Notes under the pieces: model-generated
Seen by the model: the letters and a program-made list of their open reading frames with translations, nothing else
What the model was told of the DNA's origin: nothing
The model's database searches: none
Translations under genes and position numbers: made by a program
Shown here: piece after piece, positions 11,590 to 25,345 of the stretch
Position numbering within the stretch: the first letter of the stretch is position 1
Layout of the letters: each line of letters starts with the position of its first letter
Source: Callorhinchus milii
Lineage: Eukaryota
Direction of reading: 5' to 3'
NCBI RefSeq assembly: GCF_018977255.1
Contig: NW_024704743.1
Span: 85,314,001 to 85,378,000, forward strand
DNA length: 64,000 bases

Positions 11590-13110
11590 TCATAGAAGGA
11601 AAACTTCTGGGCTGGTTGACTGTGGAAAGCTGTACTATAGGTGGCTGTTGAAACTAAGTCCAGAATAGTCATAACACGGAAATTGGATAAACACTTGGAA
11701 GAAGAAAACTGTTAAAGATCAGGAGAATGAGATTAGAATAGTGAGGGAATTGGCACCAGCACAGGCACAAGAAGTGAATAGCTTCCTTCTCTACTTTACA
11801 TTTTCTGTGATTCCAAATCCAATTCTGTCCTCATCCGACATGTCACCCGTGCATTTCCCTGGAGGTGTCAATGGATAGTGATCGGAAGATCAGTTTTTCT
11901 CCCTCCATTTCCTAAAAAAAACATACCATACAGTAACCTCCAGATTAACTCTTAACTTGTCACTAACACTTTAGTTACCATACTGTCAATATCCTGGCTG
12001 CTTCCTGTGCAAAATGGTCATAAGGGATTCTGCTTTACTTGTCAATCCGCTTAACACGTAACTAGTTGCATTCCAGACATATTTTAAGTACTTACAATGT
12101 AAAATTGAACAGATAACTTGTCCCATAAACTAACGTCTTGTATCTCAGAGGCCTCTTGTCCTATCCTATGACTGGTGTGTGCGCTTGGTGGAGGTTGAGC
12201 ATGTATGCTCAGATGCTTCACAGAGGCCTCTGGTCCATTGGAGAGCCTCCCGCCCACCTCTGACAGGCCCTTCAATAGACCAGAGGACCTTGTGACAGGA
12301 TAAGGCAGGAGGTCATGGTACAGCCCTCCCATAGACCAAAACCCTCCGCGATCCACCGGAGCAACCTCCACCGAGCCCCGCACCATTCACAGCTTCCCTT
12401 GTAGCCCAGGAGAACCTACGCCTAACAGGCCACTCCAGATAACTTATCACTGAGCCCTTTTTCCTTGGAGTGACAAGTTATCTGGAGTTTACTGCAAATA
12501 GCATCTCTCCACTACCAACCCATCTATTGAGTATTTGCCAGGGATTTAAAGGTCAGTGTTGCACAATATGGAGCACTTACTCACTCAGCTATTAGTGATT
12601 CCTAATATACCATTTATCTAATGAAATTCAAAAGCTGTCTCAGTAACAACAAACACTTTGTAAGTGTTTTTTCTGCATTGTGTTATCTCTGTACTCTGCC
12701 TTACATAATATGTAGTTTGGAAAGGGTGTGTGAGATGATAGCCTCATGCAGAGAACTCAATAACATGTTTGCAAGTGTATTGCACTCAGTATTTCTATAT
12801 GTGTGGGTGATCACCAGAGAATACCAATGAGTGATCTAAATGTATTCAGTTTTCATGGTGCAGATATAATCCCCTTTGCTCAGGGATAGAAAGTGAATTA
12901 GCATTGCTTAGAATGTGGTTAATTGGGACATTCTGTTATCGGAGTTTAACCAATTGAATGCCAATGTATATGATAATGTTCATATAATGTGTGAGAAATC
13001 AATACTTCACAGAACAATATTTGATTAAAAATGGGGGAAAATAAGGCTAATAATTTAGAATAGAGTGAGCAAAAGAGGGGGAGGGAGGAGGAAAACAAGA
13101 TTTGTCCTTG
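11590..13110. repeat. Right arm of the long inverted duplication, downstream of the KCNG2 stop, interrupted by a MITE (11931-12494)
   Basis: Reverse complement aligns block by block with 6215-8410 once each arm's insertions are removed. Confidence 0.85.
11931..12494. mobile_element. Non-autonomous Tc1/mariner (pogo/Tigger-like) DNA transposon (MITE)
   Basis: Left end TA|CAGTAACCTCCAGA(ttaactct)TAACTTGTCACT. Right end AGTGACAAGTTATCTGGAGTTTACTG (12469-12494), whose reverse complement is CAGTAAACTCCAGATAACTTGTCACT. A subterminal copy lies at 12432-12451. The element is absent from the homologous left arm, which gives the empty site. Confidence 0.7.
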
Positions 13111-14569
13111 TATTTAAAAGTTGATAAACAGGATATAGGACAGAGCTAAAGCAGGGGAGCTGGCATCTGCATAGACACAATAAGCCAAATGTTTTTCTCT
13201 GCTGCAAACATTCAAGGAATCAATAATTCTTATTTCCAGTTGTAATACCTGCTGTAAAGCATAGGTATGTGAATATCAGGTGAGGTCAAGGCAGGGATCA
13301 GCTGTGGAAGTCTCCACAATTGAAGATCCAGCTGAATGTCACTGCACTCAAAAATGAGTGCATAAAGAAAACCTGCTTCAAAATGAAGAAGTTGCAGAAT
13401 TCTAGATGCTGTGAAATGCTAAGAAAATAGAGTAAATCTAGTCCCAGGTGGAATATATACCCTGTTATTAATGTATATTGTGATCAATGGGCAAGGGGTG
13501 AAAAATGTGGTATGTTTTAAAAAATAATAACAATTCTTACATTTGGTATAGTGCCTTTCAAGTTAGGAGGATGTCCCAAAGCGCATTATAGAATACATGT
13601 ATAGTGCAGTAACTGAATTTTGTGGGCGAACCTGGAGGCCAATTTATGCACAGATAATTACTGGTGGTGGGTGATAAGTGCATGTTAGCAGCCCAAGCAG
13701 ACTCGCTCTATACTTTTCCCTCCTTCCCTGTGAGCTCAGAACCACCTCTTCATCAGAAAGCTCAGCCCTGTCGTGTGGGTGATTTGCGGGTGTGAACCAA
13801 TTTACTGTACCATCAGCTCAGAACATGTTCCTTCATCAGGAGAACCTTTTCTTTATCCTCCAATTTGCATGTAAACAAACTAAAATCCTTAGGGGTTGTA
13901 TCAGTGGTGAACATATGTTTAATTTACAAGAAATACCATTAACTGGTATTCAATTAAGAAAGAAAGAACTTGTATTTTTCTAGCACTGTATCACATCAAA
14001 AATCTCAAGTGCGGCGGGGGTAATTATTGTGAAATGTAGTGACTGTTTGTACTAGGTAAATATGGCAGTCATATTTTGGTCACCAATGTCCAAAAACAGC
14101 CATGAGGTGAGTGAGAAGTCAATCTGGAGGATTGTTGATAGTCACTCTAAACACTCAGAAACAGACGTATTATTTGGGAAGATATCATACAGTGGAAAAA
14201 GTCCAATGTTTGGAGGATAATCAGCATTCAAAAGGTTGGGCCTGGCTGAGAGACATTTTCTTCTGAGTAGAAAGATATTTGTGTCACAAAGTAGCTGAAT
14301 GTATAATTGACTATTGTGAACAATTGCTGAGATTTAGAACAAGCAGGCACCCTAGATTTAAGAAACTGCAATTTACTGATAGACTGATAACCGAAGTTAC
14401 ACAATTATTTTTGTACTTACTGGTTTTAACCAAGTTTTGCTCTTACCCTTTCTAAAACGCTGAGGATTCTACCCTATATACTGTCGGATTATGCCAGTGT
14501 AAGAATTGATTTTTACTGAAGGATTGGCTACACATAACAGTATTGCAGAATATTCAGGGCACTGTGATG

Positions 14570-14790
14570 GTCTGTTGAGTTTAACCAATGAATGACACAG
14601 TTTTGTGAAGGCACCCGATTCGATTCTTCAGTTTGTGTTGTTAGCTGATCGCAGCCAGGTTACAGCGTCTCCTGTGTTAGTAAGGAGGAGATCAGTCAGA
14701 GCTCTTATCTCTGATTACTATCCAGTGAAATCCACTTGACAAGTGTTTGTCTGGATTTGGCATGAGCAGCTGTTAGTATTGATTGACACG
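14570..14790 (+). mobile_element. LF-SINE-like ancient SINE, 5' part
   Basis: TGTGTTGTTAGCTGATCGCAGCCAGG...CTGATTACTATCCAGTGA. Confidence 0.45.
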
Positions 14791-15084
14791 GTTCCCTTTT
14801 TTCTTAACAATATACTGTATTTATTGATTGACGTAAATAAAATATAGACTTACATGTGTAAGAACTTTTTCTCATCACAACACAACGCAACAGTATCAAG
14901 GCATCCTCGCCTGGTAGTTCTTCTGTCCTTTATCTAGAGGGTGCAGTTACACAGTGGGGCCAGTCCATGTTCTGCCATCCTTTATCTATAGCAGGGATGG
15001 TAAGCCACAATTCCCTCTCTGATATCCCCCATAAATAGATGGGGGAACAAGGACAGACATGCATTACATACACTGTGTAAATAT

Positions 15085-15395
15085 TGTCAGGTACTCTTGG
15101 GATACAGAGCGAGCACATCTGTGGACACTACAGGGTTTACACCTGAGCTGAGGGTTGGAGCCACGAGGCATGGAGGAAAGGGGGGGGGGTGGGTGGAGGT
15201 AGGAGGATGACCGAAGACACAGTCAAAGAAGAAGGTCTTGAGATGGGCCTCACAGGAGTTAAGTGAGGGGCTATGGGATGGAGTTCCAGAGGGTGAGGGC
15301 AGAAAGGCTGAGGGCGGGAGGGGCGGTCTGGCGGGTGTTTGGGGGGGATAGGGACAGGGAGCAGGCCAGTGCAGGCCAAACAGAGGGAGAAGGTA
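15085..15395 (-). mobile_element. L2 LINE 3' fragment
   Basis: Reverse-strand match to the L2 3' region (SAFLPSPSGTPSH/HLKTFFFD frames). Confidence 0.65.
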
Positions 15396-16349
15396 GATTG
15401 GCAACATTTCAGTTACCAATTAACTAAAACATTAGTTCCTCCCACTACAGACCAGAGGCCCTGGTAGGTGGGGAACTGATGCTGATGTGAGTCTGGTTCA
15501 ATATTGAGACTCATACACATTAAGGGCAGAGTTTGTCTGTGAAAAAGAACAGTAGACTGAAGAGAGAGAGTCAAACACCTTCAGAAGTGGAGAGGAAAAA
15601 AATAATAAAACCAATTAGCTAGAGGAAAAAAGATTCCTAAAAATGCCATTCTATATCACCAGTTGAGCCAATGTAATAAAAATTAAAACTTTACACATCT
15701 TTAAGGAGAATATTCTTTAAATATACTCTGTATAATACATACACTTTAAAGGAGAGGATTTTTTGGCCTTTTATATTCAAAATGCTTACATTGTCAGTTA
15801 ACATATTCATTTTCCCACAAACAGATGACTTGCAATCAATTACAAAAATCTTGAAGAACCTAAATAACTGGCTGATGTTAAAATTAGTGGACAATTATAC
15901 AGTTTAATTTACTGCTGATCTGATCTTAATCCTTGTTAACCTCCTGCTTTCCTAGAAGCTTAGTTTAATGTTAAATGTGGTATCTCACAAATTATCCAAG
16001 GGACTGTGTGGCCAACTGGCTTCTTCTAATGATTGCAGGCAGAATTGTGCAGAGTGTGCTCTGGAACAGATGACCTGCAGCAAATTGAAGTATATGGACC
16101 TTGTGTGTTCACATCTATTCTGTGCCCATACTTGTGTTTTGCCCACAAATATACAGTCAATTCACTTTACAGTATATACTGTGAAGCACTTTGATATGTC
16201 CAGAAGTCAAAAGTACTATATCAAATGCAAGGATTATTATTTTACTATTATTGTGCCATATCATATTATGTTAATATCTATTGTGTGCTTATATCATATT
16301 GTGTCGTGTCATATTGTGTGTTCATATATATTGTGTGATCGTATCAAAA

Positions 16350-16740
16350 TAATAATCCTTTCATTTCATATAGCGCCATGATCATTTATTCAAAGCATCT
16401 GAAAGTGCTTCACAAGTATAGTGACTGTATTTTTTAGGGAGGTAGGTGGATGGGTTTGGGTAGATGGATGGATGGATGATAGATAGAGGATAGATACTCC
16501 TGCTTCTATGTTTCTATGACACCGGGAGAAACTCCCTTATCTTTTCAAATAGTGCCATGGGAACTCTAATGTCCAGCCAAACAGGCAGAACTTTTCATCC
16601 AAAGGACGTCACCTCTGCCATTGCAGTACTGCCCCAGAACTGGACTGGAGTGTCAGCCTAGACTATGAGCTCAAAAGTCACAATGTGGGCCTTGAACTCA
16701 TTATCTTGACTCAGAAGCAAGAGGGCTCTTGATGAAGCCA
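16350..16740 (-). mobile_element. Old Deu-domain SINE (SacSINE/AmnSINE-like)
   Basis: Reverse strand reads TCTAGGCTGACACTCCAGT...CCCATGGCACTATTTGAA...GGGAGTTTCTCCCGGTGTC, matching the Deu-domain consensus as I recall it. Confidence 0.65.
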
Positions 16741-18624
16741 GCTTCTGGATTATCAAATTGCTTTTATTTTCTTACCTATTACCAAGCAGTGGTAATTTTA
16801 ACAGATAAAACTTATTGTCTAAAACATAAAGTATTGAGCAGGTTTTATTTTCCGACTCTATTCCTGATCCTCCCAACCAATGAGAACAACATGGCTACAA
16901 GTGTGTGTGTTTCGAGGGCAGGACACGTGAGTGGAAACAACAGAACAAAAATTAATGCTGTGGTAAAAGCATTTTTTTTACTGGGTTTTAAAACAAACTA
17001 AATATATTCCCCTTTACTATATTTTAGGGAAAAGTTTAGGAAAGTTACTTGATAAAATGGAAAATTAAGTCACTCTTTTGGTTCAGTTTATTCTCCCTGA
17101 CTCATTCATTTCCCATTATGTAACATTAGTTTTACACTTACATGAATTAATTATTATTTTGATGGTACAATGTGTAAATATTACAAAAAAAAATTAATTA
17201 GTTCTCTTGCGTAAAGCTAGCATATTAGTCAACATTTCGTATAATAATAATCTAATTCGCAATTTGTACATTTTTGTATGTGTTGTCATTCACTCTTTTT
17301 AATTTGTTAGGATTTTACTTCGATCAAGTGAACAGCAAAGCAAAATATTTTAGGAAGCAACTCTCTACAATTTTTGATCACATAAGTTTAAGATCACATA
17401 CACAAAGCAGAACTCAGCCGCATGGGAATGCATTCCCATTCCTTCCAGAAATTTGCTTTACAAGAAAAGTCCTTTAAAAGAAAGAATCAATCTGGCTATC
17501 AGATTCAGAGAAAACAAATGTTACTGTCACATCAAACTGGGTATTAAAAGTACCTATGACATATTAGCAGATCACAATTCTTGATAGTTAACTATGGATG
17601 TTAGTTACTAGTCTGAGGATTATTCAGAATGGAAAATCATCACACATTAAGGATATGTTGACCCTAGTTGTCCGTATCAGCACCAACGGCTCCTGTCAGT
17701 GCAAAACCTTAACACGATCCTCGATAGTTTATGGCGTATATTATACAACATTACAGGCAGTTTGGAATTATTCCAATCTATTATCTAATCTCAAGTGTCT
17801 GATTGTAGTAAATTCTTCAAACTTTATTCTTCCAGTTTATGATGTTATCGATTTACTGCCTCATAAATAATAATAATAATCCTTGTATTTGAATGGAAGA
17901 TATTCCCACAAATAAAATCTTGTATATTTTTTTGAATGAAAACCTGGGCCTTTGGTCAATGTGAAGCATTTCTAAATTAGTTCTTAACTTGGGGATAACA
18001 AATAGTATCCTTCAGCTAAAATAATCCATTTTAAAATGAGTTGTTAGAACACTGTGGAGTTCCTATGCTGCTCAATTACCACCAATTCTCAGTAAAGATT
18101 AACCATTGATTATTCTTTACATTAAATTGAGGATTTTGTTTTTGTGATTGTTCCATTGAGCCCGTAAAACCCTTGCTGAAAGATCAAAGGACGTTATCTT
18201 ATCTACTAGTGAAGATCCAAATGTTTGGGCTCAGTTGATCAGAAAGCATCTGAAAAGCATTCAGTTCCATCGCTGAAGGAGTTTGAAAACATTGATAAAT
18301 AATCATTAAAAAAAGGTCCATAATCCACCCTGATTATCCTGAACTACTCTTGACTGCAGTCCTCTGTAGATAGCTGTCTTGTGCATCATGGTGACCAGCT
18401 AATGAGATACTGATAAGGATCTAGATCCGGAGGACACATCCATCATTTGGCTCCACAGGCTTATGACACAAAATAACCGATCAATGTGGAAGTCTGAGGG
18501 TGCAGGTCCTTTGTGGGAAAGTAGAGAATTGCCTCAGATTAGGGGCGCATTCACAAGAAGGCGCATTCACAAGGAACTGCTGAATATCATTTTTAACCCA
18601 AGCATATAGAAATTCTCCATAAGG

Positions 18625-18880
18625 CATTAGCCCGACTCAATTTGTAGCACTTGAAAGTTGTGGATACAAGTCTCACAGTGAAACTTATAGCTCATAAATC
18701 AGCTCATAACACTTCAGTCCATTACAGTGCTAGTGGTGGCTGCATTGTTGCCGATACTGTTCTTCAAATGCAGCATTGAACCAATGTCCTGACTTTCTGT
18801 TCAGGTGAATGTTAAAGAACTCATGACATTATTTATAAAGAGAAGGGAGTTTCTCCCAGTGTCTTCAACAATATTTTTTC
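18625..18880 (+). mobile_element. Old Deu-domain SINE, abutted by the younger SINE at 18884
   Basis: CTGTTCAGGTGAATGTTAAAGAACTCATGACATTATTT...GGGAGTTTCTCCCAGTGTC. Confidence 0.55.
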
Positions 18881-18883
18881 AGT

Positions 18884-19190
18884 TAATAATAATCCTTGCA
18901 TTTGATATAGCGCTTATCACATCTTCTAGACGTATCAAAGCGCTTCACAGAATATACTGTAAAGTGAATTGACTGTATATTTGTGGGCTAAACCCAGCAA
19001 CCAATTGTGCACAGCAGTGTCTCACAAATCCAGTTGTGGATTGAAGAGACCGATTTATTATTTTTTTTCTTGAGATTATTATCAGGCGTGTGGAGTAAGG
19101 AAACTTGCCCAAGGTTTTGCCCTGCTGGGAATCGAACCCAGGTCTCTCGCTTGCAAGGCGAGTTCTCTAACCACTGAGCTACAGGACTCC
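18884..19190 (-). mobile_element. Full-length tRNA-derived SINE with L2-type tail
   Basis: Head GGAGTCCTGTAGCTCAGTGGTTAGAG...GGTTCGATTCC contains Pol III A and B boxes; tail ...ATCAAATGCAAGGA(TTA)n. Confidence 0.85.
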
Positions 19191-22100
19191 ACTAAAAACT
19201 GAAAGCTCTGTGAACAGCAAAAAGTCTTATTTGTTTTTAACAGAAGAATTTGCGATTTGCTAATTATTCAGTCTTTTGTATTCATGTTCTAAAAATGGAA
19301 GTTTGAGTTACCCATTACATTTCCTGTATTTAACCAAGTAAAAAATAGCTGAGGGATCAGAAATGACAGCCCAGATATCCCCTGGATAATTTCTCTTGCA
19401 AGATGGTTACACACTGCTCAAAATAGACCAAATCAGAGCACTGGCCTATTTGATTTGACTGCTGTGATGGCACAGATGTTCTTTGCAATCTGATATGAAG
19501 AACTAGAGGTGATCAACTCCTCTGCCCAGAATAATATACTCACTTCCACACTTCGAGAACACGTTGAGTACCTTTGAAAAAGCATCTCAATTTTATTCAA
19601 TAGATCAGATGCTAGGGGGATAAACATGCTATATTTGATAACAGATTTGATAATTATTGAATTTGGTTGCGAAACATCACTTTTTCTTCATCTGTTCCTC
19701 ATGTCACAGAACTAACCTCCCATTCTCCGCAACCTGACTTTAGTACAGTGGTTGGGTAGGAATTAATTTTTCACCTCACATCTTGGATTCCAACCTGTGG
19801 TCCAGATTATTTGCGTCACTTCACAGGATACTGATCGACTTACAGATCCCACAAATATGCCCATCAAAAAACAGCACTGCCAGAGATTGTTGGGCCCATC
19901 CAATGTGTTGCCGATTGTCATTTGTGATTGAGCAGAATTTTGGAACGTTTTTAAATTCAGTCTCCCTTTGAAAGCTGGGTTTCCACATGCTGCGGAACTG
20001 TTCCCTGAATCTCTGCAGTCTGCAATACTTTAATGAAGTTTTCTTAATCAGCACCCTCATAGTTTGAAAAACAACTTCCTATATCAGTATTTTGTAATGC
20101 TAACATATATCACTTGTCTCACAACATCCATAAAAAACTGCAAGACTGTTGCAATTTATTGTGGATTGTTTAAAAAAACAGAACCAGGTAAAACTCAAAT
20201 AATTGTGCAGTAAAAGTATCTTATTAATGCAAATATACATGTTGAGCAGAAATAATAATCATAATCCTTGTATTTGATATTGCACTTTATCACATCTTCG
20301 AAACGTCTCAAAGCGCTTCACAGAATATACTGTAAAATGTAGTGACTGTGTATTTTGTGTGCAGAACGCCAAATTGTAATGATTTCAATTTGGCATTTAA
20401 TCCCAGGGTGCACTTTTATTCAAGTCTCTGGGAATTTATCATGAGTGCACTTCTGCAATGTTTAAAATATCTCATGAGAAAACCACTAAGGACTAAAGCT
20501 ACATATCTGCAATTGAACCAGAACATAAAATACAATCACACCCAGTATCAATGGTGTATGTCTAGCAGTTTATTCAATTATAATGATTCATGGATAAACA
20601 ATATGGCTGGAACTATGAATAAATTATTACATCAAACAATCAAAAAGCATTGTGACCTCCCTTGCTTTGAAATACTACCATAAGCAGAATTTCTTTGAAA
20701 GTAAGAAATAGGTGACGTTATATTGCATGTATGGGGTCAATAATCCCAATGTATCTTTTTGACACATTAATGCTTGCAGGTGCCAGTCTGTAAAAACACA
20801 GAAGTAAAAAGTGTTTGTCAGCAAGTTGTCACCAGTTCAGGACTTGTGATTAGTGAGTTGTTCCCTTCAGTGAACAGTAAATTTATCACTTCACAATTTA
20901 AAAAAAATGACACTGGTACAAGATGTCATGCCAGCATCATTTACACTCCATCAGGCAGTGTGGAAGTGCGCAATGTGTATGTGTTTTTGAGGACTGGAGG
21001 ATCAACAATGGCGTTTCCAAACGAAGTACATTAAAGACTTAATGCAAAATATATTCTGTATGACTGACAGCTACTTTTTTCATTTTTCTCCCAATATTTG
21101 CACCTATACCCTTGACTGGAAATTTGCCCGCAAGCCCATGACTAAAAGTTCTAAAGTGGAAATTTATAAAAAATTCAACTAATAACAGTGGTTTTGATTT
21201 TTTCCACTTATTACACACCCAATTATTTATTCCCATAAGTTAATACAATGCTCAAGTTAATACAAGGATATTTAAAATGACAGAAACATTAGTATTTTGA
21301 TCACTAGTCCCTTAATCTCCTGTTTGGTTTCTCTTGTTCCTTCTCTGAAGGTGTGCATTAGAAATTAAAGAATCATATTGTTATGGGCGAATGAAAAGGA
21401 AAACAGCAATACCCTCAAAGTAATAGGATGGCCGGAGTTAACTACTCTTTGCTGGTCAAACAATACCTTGTTTGGGCAATAAGCTCTTTTTTGAGGAGGG
21501 TTGGGGAGAGTGTGACATAAAACAGGAATATAACTCAAGTCCTCATCTTCAATACCAAGTAAGTTCCTCACAATAACAAAAGCTAAACAATAAATCTAAA
21601 ACATATTCTTACACAAAAATGTAGGTGAACATCAGAAATACATTTCTGATACTATTGCTCCTATAGCAGCCAGAAATAAACAGTTATGAAGTACAATATT
21701 CTGAGATGCTGCTTTGACTGTATTTGCATGGGAAACACTTCTGAATCCAGCACACTGAACCTGAAATAAATACTTTTTGTAAACATTATGCAGTTCAGCT
21801 TTATACTTGGACCAAAAAGTTGGCATGTGTGAGACTCTCCCTTTTTCCTGATAACTGAGCAGGCGGCACTATGAACTCTGAAGAACAGTCAAAAATAATC
21901 ACCCTTTTTCAACTGAATTTAGTCCAAGGGTACAATAAATCCCAAGCTCAAAGTTTGGGCCATAAGATGAGTCAATGTCATTCAGTTTTACAGAAGTGAC
22001 AGCCTGCACAAGCGAGCTCACTAGAAGTGGGAATAAGAACCACAGTGAAAATGAACAGCGAGAGTAAAAATAGAATGAAATTGGAATAAGAACAAAAGTG

Positions 22101-24039
22101 AAGTGAGAATGAAAAAGAGTGAAAGTGAATAATGGTGAAGTGTTCCCAACTTGTACAACTGTTCTTCCTTCATATCGTCAAAGAACATTTAACAAAATGA
22201 AAATCTGATAATTCAACAGAGAGCAGAGTCTGCAATGCATTGCATCTCCTTGGTTATTTTGGAAACAAATATCTGTTAAGCCTGAACACATTTATGATAG
22301 ATCAAGCTGCCTAGAAACAGAAATACTGTAATATTTACATGGCATATTCTCAATTGTAAGGTCACTTAGGCCCAAAGCAAAAGATCAAATCTGTCGTAGA
22401 ACAAGCACCACTCAAGTGACATGTTTTAGTTACAACGATGTGAATCGTTCCTGAATGAATAAGGAGATTAATGGTTTGAAAGCAAAATTCATCTCTGGAG
22501 ACAGTTCTCATTAGTAGGAGCACTGCCACCCAAACTAAAGATTAAACATTCAAACTTCTAGTTAAACATCCAACTATCAGTAAAATAACACATATTTACA
22601 GATTTGATTGACATGCCCACTCACCATTCTAAATGGGTTTGTAATGTGTTACTATTTTAATGTAACAAATACATTTTGTGATAGCTTTGTGATATCCTGC
22701 AAGCATGTCAAACAGGAACAAATTCCAAACCGATTTAACAATACAGGCCAAAATCATGAACAAAAATTACAAGTTCAGATAACAGCAATCTCATAAACCT
22801 TGGTATCTCAATGGCGTTTGTACAAAAAAAACAAATAGGAGAAACTCAAGTGAGATGTTTGGCAATAAACTGAGACAGTGAGCTTTGTGCGGTACAGGAA
22901 GTACTAAATGGGGTGAAAACAAAAGGTTTCTAAATGGCATACACTAATTTTCTCATGCAATCTATACCGTATCACAGAATCAGACACTACAGTAGTTTCA
23001 AAGTGGATTCATAGACACCAATGACCAATTCCTTGTTCAACATCAATGTGAAGAAAAAAGACTTTTTGGTGACGACAGTGAATATTATGGAAGAAAAAAA
23101 ATCGGGACAAATCATAAATTATATTCAGATTAACAAAGCATATTTTAAAATCAAACCAGATGTTGGGCAGCATCTTTGTACTCCTGATTCCCCAGGTAGA
23201 CTGACTGAGGTCAGACACTCAGTGTATGAGGAGCACATTAAGCAAAAGCAAGATGAAAGAGAGAAACATGAGGGGATGTTGCCCTCGAGCAATTATATCA
23301 TCAATGTGTGGTTTGTTTAAATGCAGGACACCTGGGGAATTGTCTGTGTACAGCAAGCACTAAATGGGAATGAAAATAAAAAGTTTCTAAATGGCATACG
23401 CCAGTTTGCTCATCCAATGTAGCAAAGCTTCCTCACATTTTAGATTTATAAGCAAGTAGACGTGGGCTAGAGAGAGCACAAATCACTACCAAAGGCGTTA
23501 TATCTCTTGGGGATTTAAAAAATTGCTCCATTCAGGCATTGCTGTAGCAATTAATCATGTGATTGGAACACTTAATAAAAACCTAGTGAAAGGGAAGGGC
23601 ATTAACATGATCTACAGGACTCTGTAGTCTCATTATGTTCCATCTTAATAAAAGATGACTCTACCTTCATTGTCCCTTTTTTGAAAACTTAAAATAATCC
23701 AAATTATTTTTGCGAGGATGAAATTTCCTCTTATTAAGGCACTTTCTCTTTCTTCCTCTTTCTGGGATCTCCACCCATTATCCCTGACTGACTGACTGAG
23801 TGGGTGGCCAGTGTGCTCCCAGACCTCTTTTTTGGGGGGAATGCAGAGTTTTTGGGACGTCCTCCCGACGTGAAAGGCGCTGTACAAATGTAATCTTGTT
23901 GTTGTTTTAACTGGAGTGAAAGAACTAGCACCAATTTAATTCAATGTAATTTCTATTCTTCACCATTGTTTTGTGGGTTAAACATTCATTGCTCAGATTA
24001 ACTATCAATAAATACTGATGAAAGACTAGAGAAGACATG

Positions 24040-24460
24040 GAACAGGGACATCAGTGGACTTCCAAAATGCAACAGAGAGCCCATACACCAATGCAGTGCT
24101 CAGAGGTGGGGATGGTTTCATTGTCAGAGGTGCTGTTTTGCAGATGAGATGTTAAACCGAGGTCCCTTCTGCTTGTTCAGGTGCATGTTACAAGATCCAC
24201 TATTGGCACTATTCGAATCCATGGCACTATTCGAAAAGAAAAAGAAGTTTCCCCCAGTTTTCTGGCCAACAATCTGCCAAATAAAAAATTGGTCACTCAC
24301 TCCATGGCTGTTTGTGGGACATTGCTGTTTGCTAAACTGGCTGCCATATTTCGCCCACAAAAATCACTTTACAGTATATTCTGTGAAGCGCTTTGAGACA
24401 TCTCAACAATGTGATAAGGCGCTATATCAAATGTAAGTATTATTATTATATATTATTATT
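24040..24460 (+). mobile_element. Deu-domain SINE about 0.5 kb beyond the PQLC1 stop, antisense to that transcript
   Basis: GATGAGATGTTAAACCGAGGTCCCTTCTGCTTGTTCAGGTG...CCATGGCACTATTCGAA plus an L2-type tail. Confidence 0.7.
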
Positions 24461-24979
24461 AATCCTCCCATCACAAAGAGGAATATATCCTTGAAATAAG
24501 CCCTTTTGAGGGAGGGGAAAAGAAAGGAGAACAGAAGAGCTATATTGCAGCTTAAATGTTAAAGAGAATCATATTTCTTTCAAATGGTTTACAATCGTTC
24601 TTAGTGATGCTCACTCTTTGAATGTTTACTTCAAAGAATGAATGAAAACCCGACTTCACATCTCAGAATCTGGCATCATAGAACACTAGGTTGCACTAGT
24701 GATATTGATCAGCAAGGAAATCCAAGATAGAATTTTCAGATGGAAAAAAACACTTAACTCCAGAAAACAGATATGCAAGCAAATCGACTCCGAAAATATT
24801 GGTGTGAAAGAGGCAGATAAAAAATCCCCTTTACAGCTTTTAAAGCCTCTTATTTGTAAGAGTTTTTGAAATTGTTCCAGCAGGCTGAGATTCAACTTGT
24901 CACTTTGAAGTCCGGGGCTTTCAATGTGCTTTCGATGGGTTGGTTGATGGTTTGGTGTGTTTGTTGAACAGCTCTCTGT

Positions 24980-25345
<366 letters not shown>

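Noticed and set aside
19115..19190. tRNA-Ala-like gene, also at about 30310-30384, 33826-33895, 35585-35658 and 43847-43925
   Set aside because: The acceptor stem does not close and each copy runs into the same SINE body and tail, so these are SINE heads.
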